A stretch of DNA of 64,000 bases, taken from positions 25,060-89,059 of the forward strand of contig JBAZNJ010000004.1 in NCBI GenBank assembly GCA_041649315.1, given 5' to 3'. Shown here in pieces: positions 1-8,604 of this stretch. The position numbers and the translations under genes were made by a program. The notes beneath the pieces were generated by a model. It saw only the letters and a program-made list of their open reading frames with translations. It was not told where the DNA came from and ran no database searches. How positions within the stretch are numbered: the first letter of the stretch is position 1; each line of letters opens with the position of its first letter. Source of the DNA: Patescibacteria group bacterium. Lineage in GTDB: Bacteria; Patescibacteriota; Patescibacteriia; Patescibacteriales; UBA12465.

Positions 1-624
1 ATCCGGATCAAGGCCAATACTTTCGGAAACGATCTGTTCGCTATTCGGCGAAAAGGAAAATTCCTGCCAATGAGCGGGCAGGGTCACCTGCTTCTTAGTC
101 GTAAAATTATACAGGATTTTGTTGCCGTCCGGATATTCAATAATCGCTCGGTCGCTATCCGGTGACCAGACGATATTTTCAGCGTTATGGAAAACTTTAT
201 CGCTTAACAAGACCGGATTACCGTCGGCATCAAGCTTATAAAATCGGCCATCGTCTTTATTATAATATTGGATTCGTCCGTCGCTTGAAAGGGTCGGATT
301 AAGCGTTGGGGAGGAAACAAGAGTAGTGGTTTTAGTGAGTCCGCCGACTGCCAGGATATTCGGTTCGTCAGCGCTCGGCGCGCCGATTCCGGGTATGCCA
401 CCCGCTTCCGGCAGTCCTTCGCCTGGTTCGCCGATTTCTTCGCCGCCCTCGCTTGGACCGGCGCTCGGCAGGCCGCTAATTTCTCCGGCCGGCAAGGTTT
501 CCGCCGGCGGGATTACGACCGCGGCGCGGAAGAAAAGAATCCAAAGAAGATAGCCGATTAAGCCGACTAAGGCCAAAAATCCAACGATTAGAAAAAATTT
601 CTTATACCTGGCGAAAAAGTTCAT
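1..624 (-). CDS. Partial CDS (3' end runs off the window): N-terminally membrane-anchored protein with TolB/PD40-like beta-propeller repeats
   Basis: Absent from the ORF track because it has no stop in the window. The reverse complement of 622-624 is ATG and the frame stays open to base 1 (208 codons). It reads MNFFARYKKFFLIVGFLALVGLIGYLLWILF (TM helix), then a G/P/E-rich linker. Then come SSDGRIQYYNKDDGRFYKLDADG, VWSPDSDRAIIEYPDGNKILY and FSFSPNSEQIV, which are PD40-like repeats. Track ORFs 204..401(-) and 326..553(+) are shadows of this frame. Confidence 0.6.
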   Translation of the reverse strand, partial: MNFFARYKKFFLIVGFLALVGLIGYLLWILFFRAAVVIPPAETLPAGEISGLPSAGPSEGGEEIGEPGEGLPEAGGIPGIGAPSADEPNILAVGGLTKTTTLVSSPTLNPTLSSDGRIQYYNKDDGRFYKLDADGNPVLLSDKVFHNAENIVWSPDSDRAIIEYPDGNKILYNFTTKKQVTLPAHWQEFSFSPNSEQIVSESIGLDPD

Positions 625-715
625 AAAGCGCTTGTTTAATGTTTCTAAATATTATATAATTAGTATATCTTAAATTAGAAGATAATTCAATTTAAATTGG
701 GATTTTTTTAATCTT

Positions 716-1783
716 ATGGGTATTTTTTCTTCAAGCCAGGAAAATCTGTTTTTAGGCGTGGACATCGGGGATTCTTCTTTAAAGATGGTTGAACTCCGGA
801 AAAAGAATCGTCGGGTTTATTTGTCTAATTATGCTTTTAGCGAAAACGTCAGTGAAATCAATTTTACGAAAATGGAGGATATTGAATATCTGGCGCGGGC
901 GATCAATAAGATAAAGTCCGAGTCCGGAATAGTGAGCAATCGGGTAACCGCCTCCTTACCGACTTTCGCGGTTTTTTCTTCAATAATCAATATCAATGTC
1001 GCTGACAAGAAAGCGTTGGCCGGGACAATTAACGAGGAGGCAAAAAAAGTGATTCCTTTGCCCTTAGAAGAAATGACCCTGGATTGGAAAATAATTCCGG
1101 ATAGGAACGGCAAAACCCCGACTAAAGGGAATATGCAGATTTTTTTAACCGGCAGTCCGAAGAAACTTGTCCGGAAATATATTGATATTTTCAAAGCGGC
1201 TAAACTTAATCTAGCGAGTTTAGAAACCGAAACCTTTTCTTTAGTCCGGTCTTTGGTTGGGAACGATAAGACGACGGTGATGATCGTGGAAATAGGCGCT
1301 AATAGTACGGATTTGTCGATAGTTAAAGAGAGCATTCCGGTTTTGAACCGGAGCTTGGCGATTTGCGGTTCGACGATTACGCGAGCACTGGCGGAAAAAA
1401 TGAATGTCCCTTTTGCCCAGGCCGAACAATTTAAATTTGATATGAGCGTCTCTTTGGAGGCCGGCGCGAAAGACGCCAATGCTGACGGAGAATTGCCGCA
1501 TTTAATGATTGAGAGCTTAGAGCCGATTATTACGGAAATTCAATATATGCTGGATTTTTTCCGGTCTCAGAATAATGGAGAAGTAGAAAAGATTATTTTA
1601 TCCGGCGGTGGCGCCTTGCTTCTGAATCTGCCGGAGTATTTATCTAAACGCCTGGATTTACAGGTCCTTGTCGGCGATCCTTGGAATCGTGTTCATTATC
1701 CAGAGGAGTTAAAGGCGGTTTTAAACGAGGTCGGGCCGCGTTTGGCAGTCGCGATCGGTTTAGCGATGCGGGAAATCGAGTAA
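716..1783 (+). CDS. pilM: Type IV pilus assembly protein PilM (actin-like ATPase fold)
   Basis: 355 aa. N-terminal LGVDIGDSSLKMVEL phosphate-binding motif and C-terminal ILSGGGALLLNLPEYL, both typical of PilM. It is the first gene of a co-directional pilMNO-pilBC cluster. Confidence 0.85.
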   Translation: MGIFSSSQENLFLGVDIGDSSLKMVELRKKNRRVYLSNYAFSENVSEINFTKMEDIEYLARAINKIKSESGIVSNRVTASLPTFAVFSSIININVADKKALAGTINEEAKKVIPLPLEEMTLDWKIIPDRNGKTPTKGNMQIFLTGSPKKLVRKYIDIFKAAKLNLASLETETFSLVRSLVGNDKTTVMIVEIGANSTDLSIVKESIPVLNRSLAICGSTITRALAEKMNVPFAQAEQFKFDMSVSLEAGAKDANADGELPHLMIESLEPIITEIQYMLDFFRSQNNGEVEKIILSGGGALLLNLPEYLSKRLDLQVLVGDPWNRVHYPEELKAVLNEVGPRLAVAIGLAMREIE

Positions 1784-1842
1784 AGGGATTTCTCGGATAC
1801 TTAAAAGAGTATTCGATGATAGCCTTATAAGAAAAGAATCAC

Positions 1843-2553
1843 ATGTCGTTATTTACCTTTAAAAAATCTAAAGGCGCTCATAAAGACAATTCTAAAGAGG
1901 GAGGCAAGGAAGAACACAGGGAAGCCGCCCGCAAAGAAGATCGCCCGGTGATTCATAAAGAGATTCGCAAAAGCAGTTTGCAGAATCCGAAAATTCTTGA
2001 GGTTAATCTTATTAAAGACGAGGCCCAGGTTTTTTTTAATTGGAATAAGAATCTTATGGCCTTGGTTTTCGTTTTATTCTTAGCGATTTTGTTTATCGCA
2101 GAAATTCATTTTGGTCTTAGCTGGTGGGAGAAGCGGGAAATTGCCCGAGCAGAGATTTTAACCGAAAGCGTCGCGGAAGTTAATCGGGAAATCGCTACGG
2201 CTAGAAATCAAGCCGCCGCCGCTTTAGCTTATAAAGACAAGTCCGCCGCTTTTAGCGAATTATTAGAAAATCATGTTTATTGGACTAACTTTTTTTCCTG
2301 GTTGGAAAAAAATACTTTAAGTTCGGTTGAGTATGCCGGTTTTTCCGGTGATTTGACCGGCATTTATTCTTTTGGCGCGACTGCCCAGGCCTTTGCCGAT
2401 GTATCCTGGCAGGTTAAGTCATTCTTGAACAATCCTTTGACTTTAGTCGCCGCGGTTGATTCGGTTTCGGCCGGCGCAGAAGACGGAGAAAATATTAGTG
2501 GCGTAAGTTTTAATCTTAATCTTGAAATTAAACCGGAAATTTTTAAGAAGTAA
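1843..2553 (+). CDS. PilN-like bitopic pilus assembly protein
   Basis: 236 aa. Charged N-terminus, a single TM helix (LMALVFVLFLAILFIAEIHF), then a coiled-coil-like segment. It sits directly after pilM. The call rests on position and topology only. Confidence 0.5.
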   Translation: MSLFTFKKSKGAHKDNSKEGGKEEHREAARKEDRPVIHKEIRKSSLQNPKILEVNLIKDEAQVFFNWNKNLMALVFVLFLAILFIAEIHFGLSWWEKREIARAEILTESVAEVNREIATARNQAAAALAYKDKSAAFSELLENHVYWTNFFSWLEKNTLSSVEYAGFSGDLTGIYSFGATAQAFADVSWQVKSFLNNPLTLVAAVDSVSAGAEDGENISGVSFNLNLEIKPEIFKK

Positions 2554-2556
2554 ATT

Positions 2557-3210
2557 ATGGCCCCGCGCAATTCTAAAAACCAGAACGCTTTAAATGCTTT
2601 TTTAAACGAGTATTTTAACGCTATTTTAGCTGTTATCTTAATTTTATTTTTAGCCGCGGCTTATTTTCTTTTTTTAGGCCCTAAATTCCAGGCCACGAAA
2701 GCGGCGATTGAAAGGAATATGGAAGAGCAGCAGCTTTTATATGAAAATCAACAGAAAAAATTAAATAATCTTAAATCAATTTTAGAATTATATAAGAAAA
2801 TAAATTCCGGCGATCTACAAAGATTTAATAGCGTTTTGCCCGATGAGTATGTGCCGGAAAAGTTATTTGGTGAATTAGAAGAGGTAATTGGCCGCGCCGG
2901 CTGGCTCCTGACTAATGTCCGAATTGGGGACCCTGGTCCGGCATATAAACCCTTATCCGGAGGTGAAGCTGATTTGGCAGCGGCTTTCAAAGATAAAAAA
3001 ATTACTTCGCTTGAATTAGAGCTTTCAATCGGTGCGGTTGATTACGCCGGCCTGAAAAGATTGTTGCGCCTATTGGAAAATAATTTACGCTTATTTGATA
3101 TTATACGGGTTGATTTTTCTCCTAGTACTGAAAGTGCCGCGATTGTTATAAGGACGTATTATTATAAAACGACGCCTAATGCTATAGAGGCGCCGGCGGA
3201 AGAGAAATAA
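2557..3210 (+). CDS. PilO-like bitopic pilus assembly protein
   Basis: 217 aa. One N-terminal TM helix (ILAVILILFLAAAYFLFLG) followed by a coiled coil (EEQQLLYENQQKKLNNLKSILELYKK). It starts 4 nt after the pilN-like gene. The call rests on position and topology. Confidence 0.5.
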   Translation: MAPRNSKNQNALNAFLNEYFNAILAVILILFLAAAYFLFLGPKFQATKAAIERNMEEQQLLYENQQKKLNNLKSILELYKKINSGDLQRFNSVLPDEYVPEKLFGELEEVIGRAGWLLTNVRIGDPGPAYKPLSGGEADLAAAFKDKKITSLELELSIGAVDYAGLKRLLRLLENNLRLFDIIRVDFSPSTESAAIVIRTYYYKTTPNAIEAPAEEK

Positions 3211-3223
3211 GACAGAAATAATT

Positions 3224-3646
3224 ATGAAAAAAAGTTATCGCGCCATTCTTTATCTTTTAGTCCTGGTGATGATCGTCGCTGGCATTCTGCTTTTTGTTTA
3301 TCGCGACCGTTTACTTGATTTTTTACAGGAGCAGGCCGATTTGGCGGCTCCGGCCGTCGCGCCTTTGGCTTTTTCTGTTTCCGTTGACGCGCTTGATACT
3401 AGTGCCTTGGATTCTCCGCAGTTTACGGCTTTAACTAATAATGTGATTGATTTTGATTTTGATAATATTTGTTATCGCCCGGCCGCCGTGGGAGCCGTTA
3501 TTACGCCATTAACGCCGTCTGTTCCCGGAGAGACCGTTGTCGGAGAAGAATCTGAGGCCGGAGAAGAATCCGGAATCAGCACCCCGATTCCGGTCCATTG
3601 CGTTAAAGGTAATAGTTTGCCTTTTCCGGTTCGGGAAGAAGAATAA
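3224..3646 (+). CDS. Small membrane-anchored protein of the pilus operon (function unknown)
   Basis: 140 aa with an N-terminal TM helix (ILYLLVLVMIVAGILLFVY), lying between the pilO-like gene and pilB. No recognisable motif. Confidence 0.5.
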   Translation: MKKSYRAILYLLVLVMIVAGILLFVYRDRLLDFLQEQADLAAPAVAPLAFSVSVDALDTSALDSPQFTALTNNVIDFDFDNICYRPAAVGAVITPLTPSVPGETVVGEESEAGEESGISTPIPVHCVKGNSLPFPVREEE

Positions 3647-3678
3647 GGTTTAGAATGAAGAAGAATAAGGTTTAGAAT
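3635..3678. repeat. Perfect 22-bp tandem duplication (2 copies) spanning the stop codon of ORF 3224..3646
   Basis: gaagaagaataaggtttagaat occurs at 3635-3656 and again at 3657-3678. The stop codon taa lies at 3644-3646 inside copy 1. Confidence 0.9.
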
Positions 3679-3693
3679 TAATTTTAAATTTTC

Positions 3694-5454
3694 ATGGATA
3701 AGAACGAAAAACTGCTCGGTTTACTGCAGGAAAAAAAGATAATTGACGCCAATCGGGCGGCGGAAATAAAGAAAACCTTAGCTAAGACCAAGGGGGATCT
3801 TGGCGCTTTTTTAATCAGCCAGAAGATTGTTGATGAGGAAAAATTAGCCGAACTTAAAGCTTCGTTGTATAACTTGGCTTATTATAATCTGATAAACGAA
3901 GAGGTCTCGGAAAAAGTGCTTAACTTTTTGCCGGAAGAAATCGCCCGGACTTATAAGATTGTCTGCTTCGGCCAGGAAGGGAAGAACCTTAAGGTCGGAT
4001 TACTTGAACCGAACCTCAAGGCCATGGAAGCGGTTAATTTTTTGGCGGCCGAAGAAGGGCTTAATGTCCAATATTTTTTAATTTCAAATGCCAGCTGGCA
4101 GAAAACCTTTAAGCAATATCAGAAACTTGAAGAAGAAATTTCCAGCGCCTTGGAAGTTAAGGCAAAAGAAGAGGGCGCGGACGAATTGGTAACGGTTAAT
4201 ACGGAGAAGGAAGATTTAAGCGATGAAAATATCAATAGCGCCCCGGTATCGCGCATCGTTTCGGTTATTATCCGGCATGCGGTTGAAGCCCGGGCTTCCG
4301 ATATCCATATTGAGCCCTATGCGAATGATAGTCGTGTTCGCTATCGGATTGATGGTATCCTTCATACGTCTTTAACTTTGCCGAAATCGATTCATAGTGC
4401 GATTATTGCCCGGATTAAAGTTTTGGCTAAATTAAAATTGGATGAAACGCGCATTCCGCAAGACGGCCGGATTCGTTTAGTAATTAATAATCGGGAAGTG
4501 GACTTCCGTATTTCGACCTTGCCGCTGGTTAATAAAGAAAAAGTGGTAATGAGAATTCTTGATGTTTCCAAAGGCGCGCCGACTTTGGAAGAATTAGGTT
4601 TTAATAATTTAGCTCTTAGCCGGATCCGCGACGGAATCAAGAAGACGAGCGGGATTTTCTTGGTGACTGGTCCGACTGGTAGCGGTAAAACTACGACTTT
4701 ATACGCGCTCTTAAATATTTTAAATCAGGAGGGGGTTAATATCTCTACGCTTGAAGATCCGATTGAATATGAAATTAAAGGAATCAATCAGGCCCAGGTG
4801 CGGCCGAAGGTCGGCTTTTCTTTCGCTAATGGCCTGCGTTCGCTTTTGCGCCAGGACCCGAATATTATCATGGTTGGTGAAATCCGTGATGAAGAGACCG
4901 CCGAATTATCGATTCATGCTTCTTTAACCGGCCATTTAGTCCTTTCAACTTTACATACCAATGATGCGCTCGGCGCGGTTTTTCGTTTATTAGACATGAA
5001 GATTGAGCGGTTTTTATTAGCTTCGACTTTAAAATCCGTGGTTGCCCAGCGTTTGACGCGCCGTCTATGCGAACATTGTAAAGCAGAAACAAAATTGTCT
5101 CCTGATGCGGTCCAGGAAATAAATGAAGCGCTTAAGAGCGCGCCCTGGGAAGCGCTTAAGGCCGAATTGCCGGAAATTAATTCGCCGGAAGAGGCAACGG
5201 GCCATTATAAAATCTATAAGGCGGTCGGTTGTAATCGTTGTGAGGGCACCGGCTATTCAAATCGGATCGCGATTTCTGAAGTGATTGAAATTAATGAGAC
5301 CTTACAGGACATGATTACCAACGGCGACAAGGATTTGAATATTGAAGCTGTAAAAAAGACCCAGGATTTTATTTCTATAAAACAAGACGGTTTTATTAAG
5401 GTTTTACAAGGTAAGACAACGATGGAAGAGGTTTTGCGGGTTATTGAGAGTTAA
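3694..5454 (+). CDS. pilB: Type IV pilus assembly ATPase PilB (GspE family)
   Basis: 586 aa. Walker A GPTGSGKTTT, Asp box IIMVGEIRD, His box LTGHLVLSTLHTND and a C-terminal tetracysteine cluster (CEHC...CNRCEGTG). The N-terminal region is T2SSE_N-like. Confidence 0.9.
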   Translation: MDKNEKLLGLLQEKKIIDANRAAEIKKTLAKTKGDLGAFLISQKIVDEEKLAELKASLYNLAYYNLINEEVSEKVLNFLPEEIARTYKIVCFGQEGKNLKVGLLEPNLKAMEAVNFLAAEEGLNVQYFLISNASWQKTFKQYQKLEEEISSALEVKAKEEGADELVTVNTEKEDLSDENINSAPVSRIVSVIIRHAVEARASDIHIEPYANDSRVRYRIDGILHTSLTLPKSIHSAIIARIKVLAKLKLDETRIPQDGRIRLVINNREVDFRISTLPLVNKEKVVMRILDVSKGAPTLEELGFNNLALSRIRDGIKKTSGIFLVTGPTGSGKTTTLYALLNILNQEGVNISTLEDPIEYEIKGINQAQVRPKVGFSFANGLRSLLRQDPNIIMVGEIRDEETAELSIHASLTGHLVLSTLHTNDALGAVFRLLDMKIERFLLASTLKSVVAQRLTRRLCEHCKAETKLSPDAVQEINEALKSAPWEALKAELPEINSPEEATGHYKIYKAVGCNRCEGTGYSNRIAISEVIEINETLQDMITNGDKDLNIEAVKKTQDFISIKQDGFIKVLQGKTTMEEVLRVIES

Positions 5455-5471
5455 GAATTATTATCTAACTT

Positions 5472-6677
5472 ATGGCCATTTTTAAATATCAAGCGACAGA
5501 CAGCCGCGGTCGGACTAAAAGAGGCAATGTGGTCGGGATTTCCGATACCGAGGCCGCCGGACGCCTGCGTAAAAAAGATTTGAAAGCGGTAAGCTTGGTT
5601 GATGTTACCGGCGGCTGGGAAAGCAAATTTTTAATGGCGATCGCGCCGATTAAAAGAAAGGACTTAGTGATTTTTTCCCGCCAGTTTTCCGTAATGATCG
5701 CGGCCAATGTTCCGGCGGCCGAAGCGTTACAGATTTTGGTCGACCAGACGGATAATATAACCTTAAAGAACATGATTGCCGAAATCGCTTTTGAAGTTGA
5801 AAGCGGTTCTTTCTTGTCTGATGCTTTTGCTAAGCGGCCGAAAACTTTCTCGGAATTTTTTGTTAACATTGTTCGTTCCGGAGAAACCTCGGGAAAATTG
5901 GATGAAGTTTTAGAATATTTGGCAGACGAGATGGAAAAAAATTATGATATGGTTTCAAAGATCCGGGGAGCGATGATTTATCCTTTATTCATTATTGCCG
6001 GCTTGGTCGGTGCCGGTGTCGTCTTGATGATTTATGTTATCCCGAATTTAACGTCAATTATTACGGAGACCGGAGCGGAAATGCCTTTTTCAACCAGGAT
6101 TATCATCGGCGCTTCGGAATTTTTTCGCGATTATCTAATTTTGATCATTATTGCTCTGATTGCTATAGCTTTCTTAATTCGTCTTTATAATAAAACCTAT
6201 GCCGGCCGCCGGAATTTTGACATTTTAAAGTTAAAGATGCCGATTTTCGGCCCGCTATTTAAATATATTTATTTAATGCGTTTCTCCCGCTCTTTATCAA
6301 CCCTGCTTAAGGGCGGCGTGACGATTACGCGCAGTTTAGAAATCGTGGCTGACGTGGTCGGCAATACGATTTATCGGGAATTAACTTTAGAAACTTTAGA
6401 GTCAATAAATGACGGGAACCCGCTGTCAACGGTTTTTGAAACTAGCGATTATGTGCCAAAAATGGTGCCGCAGATGATGGCGGTCGGCGAAAAGACCGGA
6501 AAAATCGACGAAGTTTTAGATCGGGTGACGAATTTTTATACCCGGGAAAGCACGAATATGCTTGATAATCTAAGTAAATTAATGGAACCAATCATCATGG
6601 TCTTTATGGGCGTCGGGGTCGGAATCATGGTCGCGGCGGTTTTGATGCCGATGTATAATCTAGCCAGCCAATTCTAA
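5472..6677 (+). CDS. pilC: Type IV pilus platform protein PilC (GspF family)
   Basis: 401 aa polytopic membrane protein with two GspF-type repeats (FSRQFSVMIAANVP... and FSRSLSTLLKGGVTI...). It lies directly downstream of pilB. Confidence 0.9.
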   Translation: MAIFKYQATDSRGRTKRGNVVGISDTEAAGRLRKKDLKAVSLVDVTGGWESKFLMAIAPIKRKDLVIFSRQFSVMIAANVPAAEALQILVDQTDNITLKNMIAEIAFEVESGSFLSDAFAKRPKTFSEFFVNIVRSGETSGKLDEVLEYLADEMEKNYDMVSKIRGAMIYPLFIIAGLVGAGVVLMIYVIPNLTSIITETGAEMPFSTRIIIGASEFFRDYLILIIIALIAIAFLIRLYNKTYAGRRNFDILKLKMPIFGPLFKYIYLMRFSRSLSTLLKGGVTITRSLEIVADVVGNTIYRELTLETLESINDGNPLSTVFETSDYVPKMVPQMMAVGEKTGKIDEVLDRVTNFYTRESTNMLDNLSKLMEPIIMVFMGVGVGIMVAAVLMPMYNLASQF

Positions 6678-6724
6678 GCAGTTTAGCTAATTTTTACTCT
6701 TGATAAGTTTTCCACTATAAACTA

Positions 6725-6753
6725 TTGCGCTTAAAAAGGGAAAATGTTATAAT
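6725..6753 (+). promoter_or_regulatory. Putative sigma70-type promoter with extended -10 for the pilin gene
   Basis: TTGCGC (6725-6730), a 17-nt spacer, then TGtTATAAT (6745-6753), about 30 nt upstream of the pilin ATG. Confidence 0.45.
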
Positions 6754-6785
6754 TTTAATATCAGATAATAATAAATAAAATATCT

Positions 6786-7229
6786 ATGAGACACAACAAA
6801 AAGGGCTTCACGCTCATTGAATTGTTGGTAGTTATCGCCATTATCGGCTTGCTGTCAACTCTTTCTATCTTAGCTTTGAATTCGGCGCGGGCGCGGGCAC
6901 GCGATGCCAAGCGTATTTCCGACATCAAACAGATCCAGACCGCTCTGGAAATGTATTATAATGATACGGGTGATTATCCGGAAACTGCTTCGGTTACGGC
7001 CGGTGCGACTTTAGCGAGCGATAATGGGACTTATTTGCGGGCTGTTCCGACGCCGCCCTTACCGACTGACGGTGCGTCTTGCGGAGCTGATGTTGATGAA
7101 TATACTTACGAGAAAACTGGAGATTCTGGCAGTGATTCTTCTTATACGATTGAGTATTGTTTAGGTTCGGATGTTAATGATATTACCGGGGATACCTTGC
7201 AAACGGCAACCCCGGCGGGTATTTACTAA
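6786..7229 (+). CDS. Type IV pilin (prepilin with class III signal peptide)
   Basis: 147 aa. MRHNKKG|FTLIELLVVIAIIGLLSTL is a canonical prepilin cleavage/methylation motif with Glu5. The C-terminal part is variable and contains Cys. Confidence 0.85.
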   Translation: MRHNKKGFTLIELLVVIAIIGLLSTLSILALNSARARARDAKRISDIKQIQTALEMYYNDTGDYPETASVTAGATLASDNGTYLRAVPTPPLPTDGASCGADVDEYTYEKTGDSGSDSSYTIEYCLGSDVNDITGDTLQTATPAGIY

Positions 7230-7253
7230 TATTTAGTTGATTGATTTTAAAAA

Positions 7254-7279
7254 AGAGCCGGCAACGGCTCTTTTTTTTG
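7254..7279 (+). terminator. Rho-independent terminator after the pilin gene
   Basis: Stem agagccg / cggctct with loop gcaa, followed by a T8 run. Confidence 0.75.
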
Positions 7280-7324
7280 TGAGTCGGGGTTTTATGGTAT
7301 AATTTAGATTATTATGTTAAGAAG

Positions 7325-8356
7325 ATGGGTGGGAATATGGAATTATTTTATTTTAAGAAAAAAGAAGAATTGGATGATTTTATCATCAGCCGCGCTGGCG
7401 TTGCCGGAGCGGAGTTTTTGCAATCCTGGAATTGGGGAGAGATTATGGCGCGGGAAGGCGCGGAAGTTTTGCGGGTTGGTGTTCGGCGCTTAGAAAATAT
7501 TTTAGCGGCCGCGACTTTAGTTAAAAAATCCTTGCCGCTTTTTGGTCTAAAGAAATTTTATTGGTACGCGCCGCGTGGGCCGATTGGCGGTAAAGAGGCC
7601 TTGGCGTTTTTGTTCGCGGAAATAAAGAAGAAATATCCGGCCGCAGTTTTTTTACGTTTTGAGCCGGAGGCGGCGATTATGCCGAACGTGCCAATCGTGG
7701 CGGATGGAAATCTGTCCAGCGCTCGCCGGACGCGGGATTATAATCCGGCGAAAACTTTAATTTTAGATTTAAAGAAAGACGAGACAAAATTACTCGACGA
7801 AATGAGCCAAAAGACCCGTTATAATATCCGTTTAGCCGAGAAAAAAGGCGTGGAGATCCGTTTTGGCTCGGCCGCGGATTGGCCGGAATTCCGGCGGCTT
7901 TTGCGCTTAACCGGCGCGCGCGACGGGTTTAGATTGCATGAAGAAAAACATTATCAGAGTTTGATTGCGGATAGTGTTAAGGCGGAGAGTGCGGAAAATA
8001 ATGATGGAATAAAATTATTTTTTGCCCGTTATCAAGGAAAAAATATTGCCGTCGGTTTGTTTTCTTTCTGGGGCGGCCGGGCGAGCTATTTGCACGGGGC
8101 TTCGGATAATGAATATCGAAACGTGATGGCGCCGCATTTACTTCAATTTACGGCAATAAAAGCGGCGCGGGCAAAGGGTTGTACGGCTTATGATTTTTGC
8201 GGCATTGATGAGAAAAAATGGCCGGGCGTGACGCGTTTCAAACGCGGTTTTGGCGGAAAAGTTTTAGAATTTCCCGGAACCTTTGATTTTATTTTCCGGC
8301 CTTTTGATTATAGAGTTTATGGTTTATTAAGAAAGATTAGGAGTTTTATAAAATGA
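7325..8356 (+). CDS. FemAB-family peptidoglycan interpeptide-bridge peptidyltransferase (MurM/FemX-like)
   Basis: 343 aa. Family-typical blocks were recognised by eye: YWYAPRGP, KTRYNIRLAEKKG, YLHGASD and the C-terminal RFKRGFGG. The start may be the ATG at 7337 (MELFYF). Confidence 0.7.
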   Translation: MGGNMELFYFKKKEELDDFIISRAGVAGAEFLQSWNWGEIMAREGAEVLRVGVRRLENILAAATLVKKSLPLFGLKKFYWYAPRGPIGGKEALAFLFAEIKKKYPAAVFLRFEPEAAIMPNVPIVADGNLSSARRTRDYNPAKTLILDLKKDETKLLDEMSQKTRYNIRLAEKKGVEIRFGSAADWPEFRRLLRLTGARDGFRLHEEKHYQSLIADSVKAESAENNDGIKLFFARYQGKNIAVGLFSFWGGRASYLHGASDNEYRNVMAPHLLQFTAIKAARAKGCTAYDFCGIDEKKWPGVTRFKRGFGGKVLEFPGTFDFIFRPFDYRVYGLLRKIRSFIK

Positions 8357-8361
8357 ATTTA

Positions 8362-8390
8362 AAAATCTCCCCAAGAGGAGAGATTTTTTG
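8362..8390 (+). terminator. Hairpin plus T-run after the femAB-like gene
   Basis: aaaaatctccccaagaggagagatttttt: short stem tctcc/ggaga followed by T6. Confidence 0.45.
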
Positions 8391-8460
8391 ATTTCGTAAG
8401 TATCTGAACCGTACTCGACATGTTTATTGTATCACTTTTAGGATTAAAGTCAACAATTTG

Positions 8461-8530
8461 TGGACCCGCGGGGAGTCGAACCCCGGAAACCGAATGTCGA
8501 GTACAGTCCCGAAAACCGTTTACCAGGCCC
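8461..8530 (-). other. tRNA-like element: canonical T-arm and a pairable acceptor stem, but no canonical D or anticodon arm
   Basis: Minus strand reads GGGCCTG-GTAAACGGTTTTCGGGACTGTACTCGACATTCGGTTTC-CGGGG-TTCGACT-CCCCG-CGGGTCC-A. The T stem-loop is perfect. The 5' GGGCCTG pairs with the 3' CGGGTCC over 7 bp, two of them G-U. The 38-nt middle section could not be folded into D and anticodon arms by hand. Bases 8494-8504 form an 11-bp inverted repeat with 8411-8421. Confidence 0.35.
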
Positions 8531-8604
8531 ATGTTCCCATGTTATCACTATGGTCGTGAAAAAAAGTTAAAGCTTTTCTAAAATAAATATTTATCGTTTT
8601 AAGT

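Noticed and set aside
204-553. Track ORFs 204..401(-) and 326..553(+), the latter Pro/Ser/Gly-rich
   Set aside because: Both overlap a longer open frame on the minus strand (624 to 1). That frame has a convincing TM helix and PD40-like repeats. The two ORFs are frame shadows in a GC-rich stretch.
829-1501. Antisense ORFs 829..1479(-) and 1241..1501(-) inside pilM
   Set aside because: They lie entirely within a well-supported PilM coding frame. They have no motifs and their composition is typical of antisense frames.
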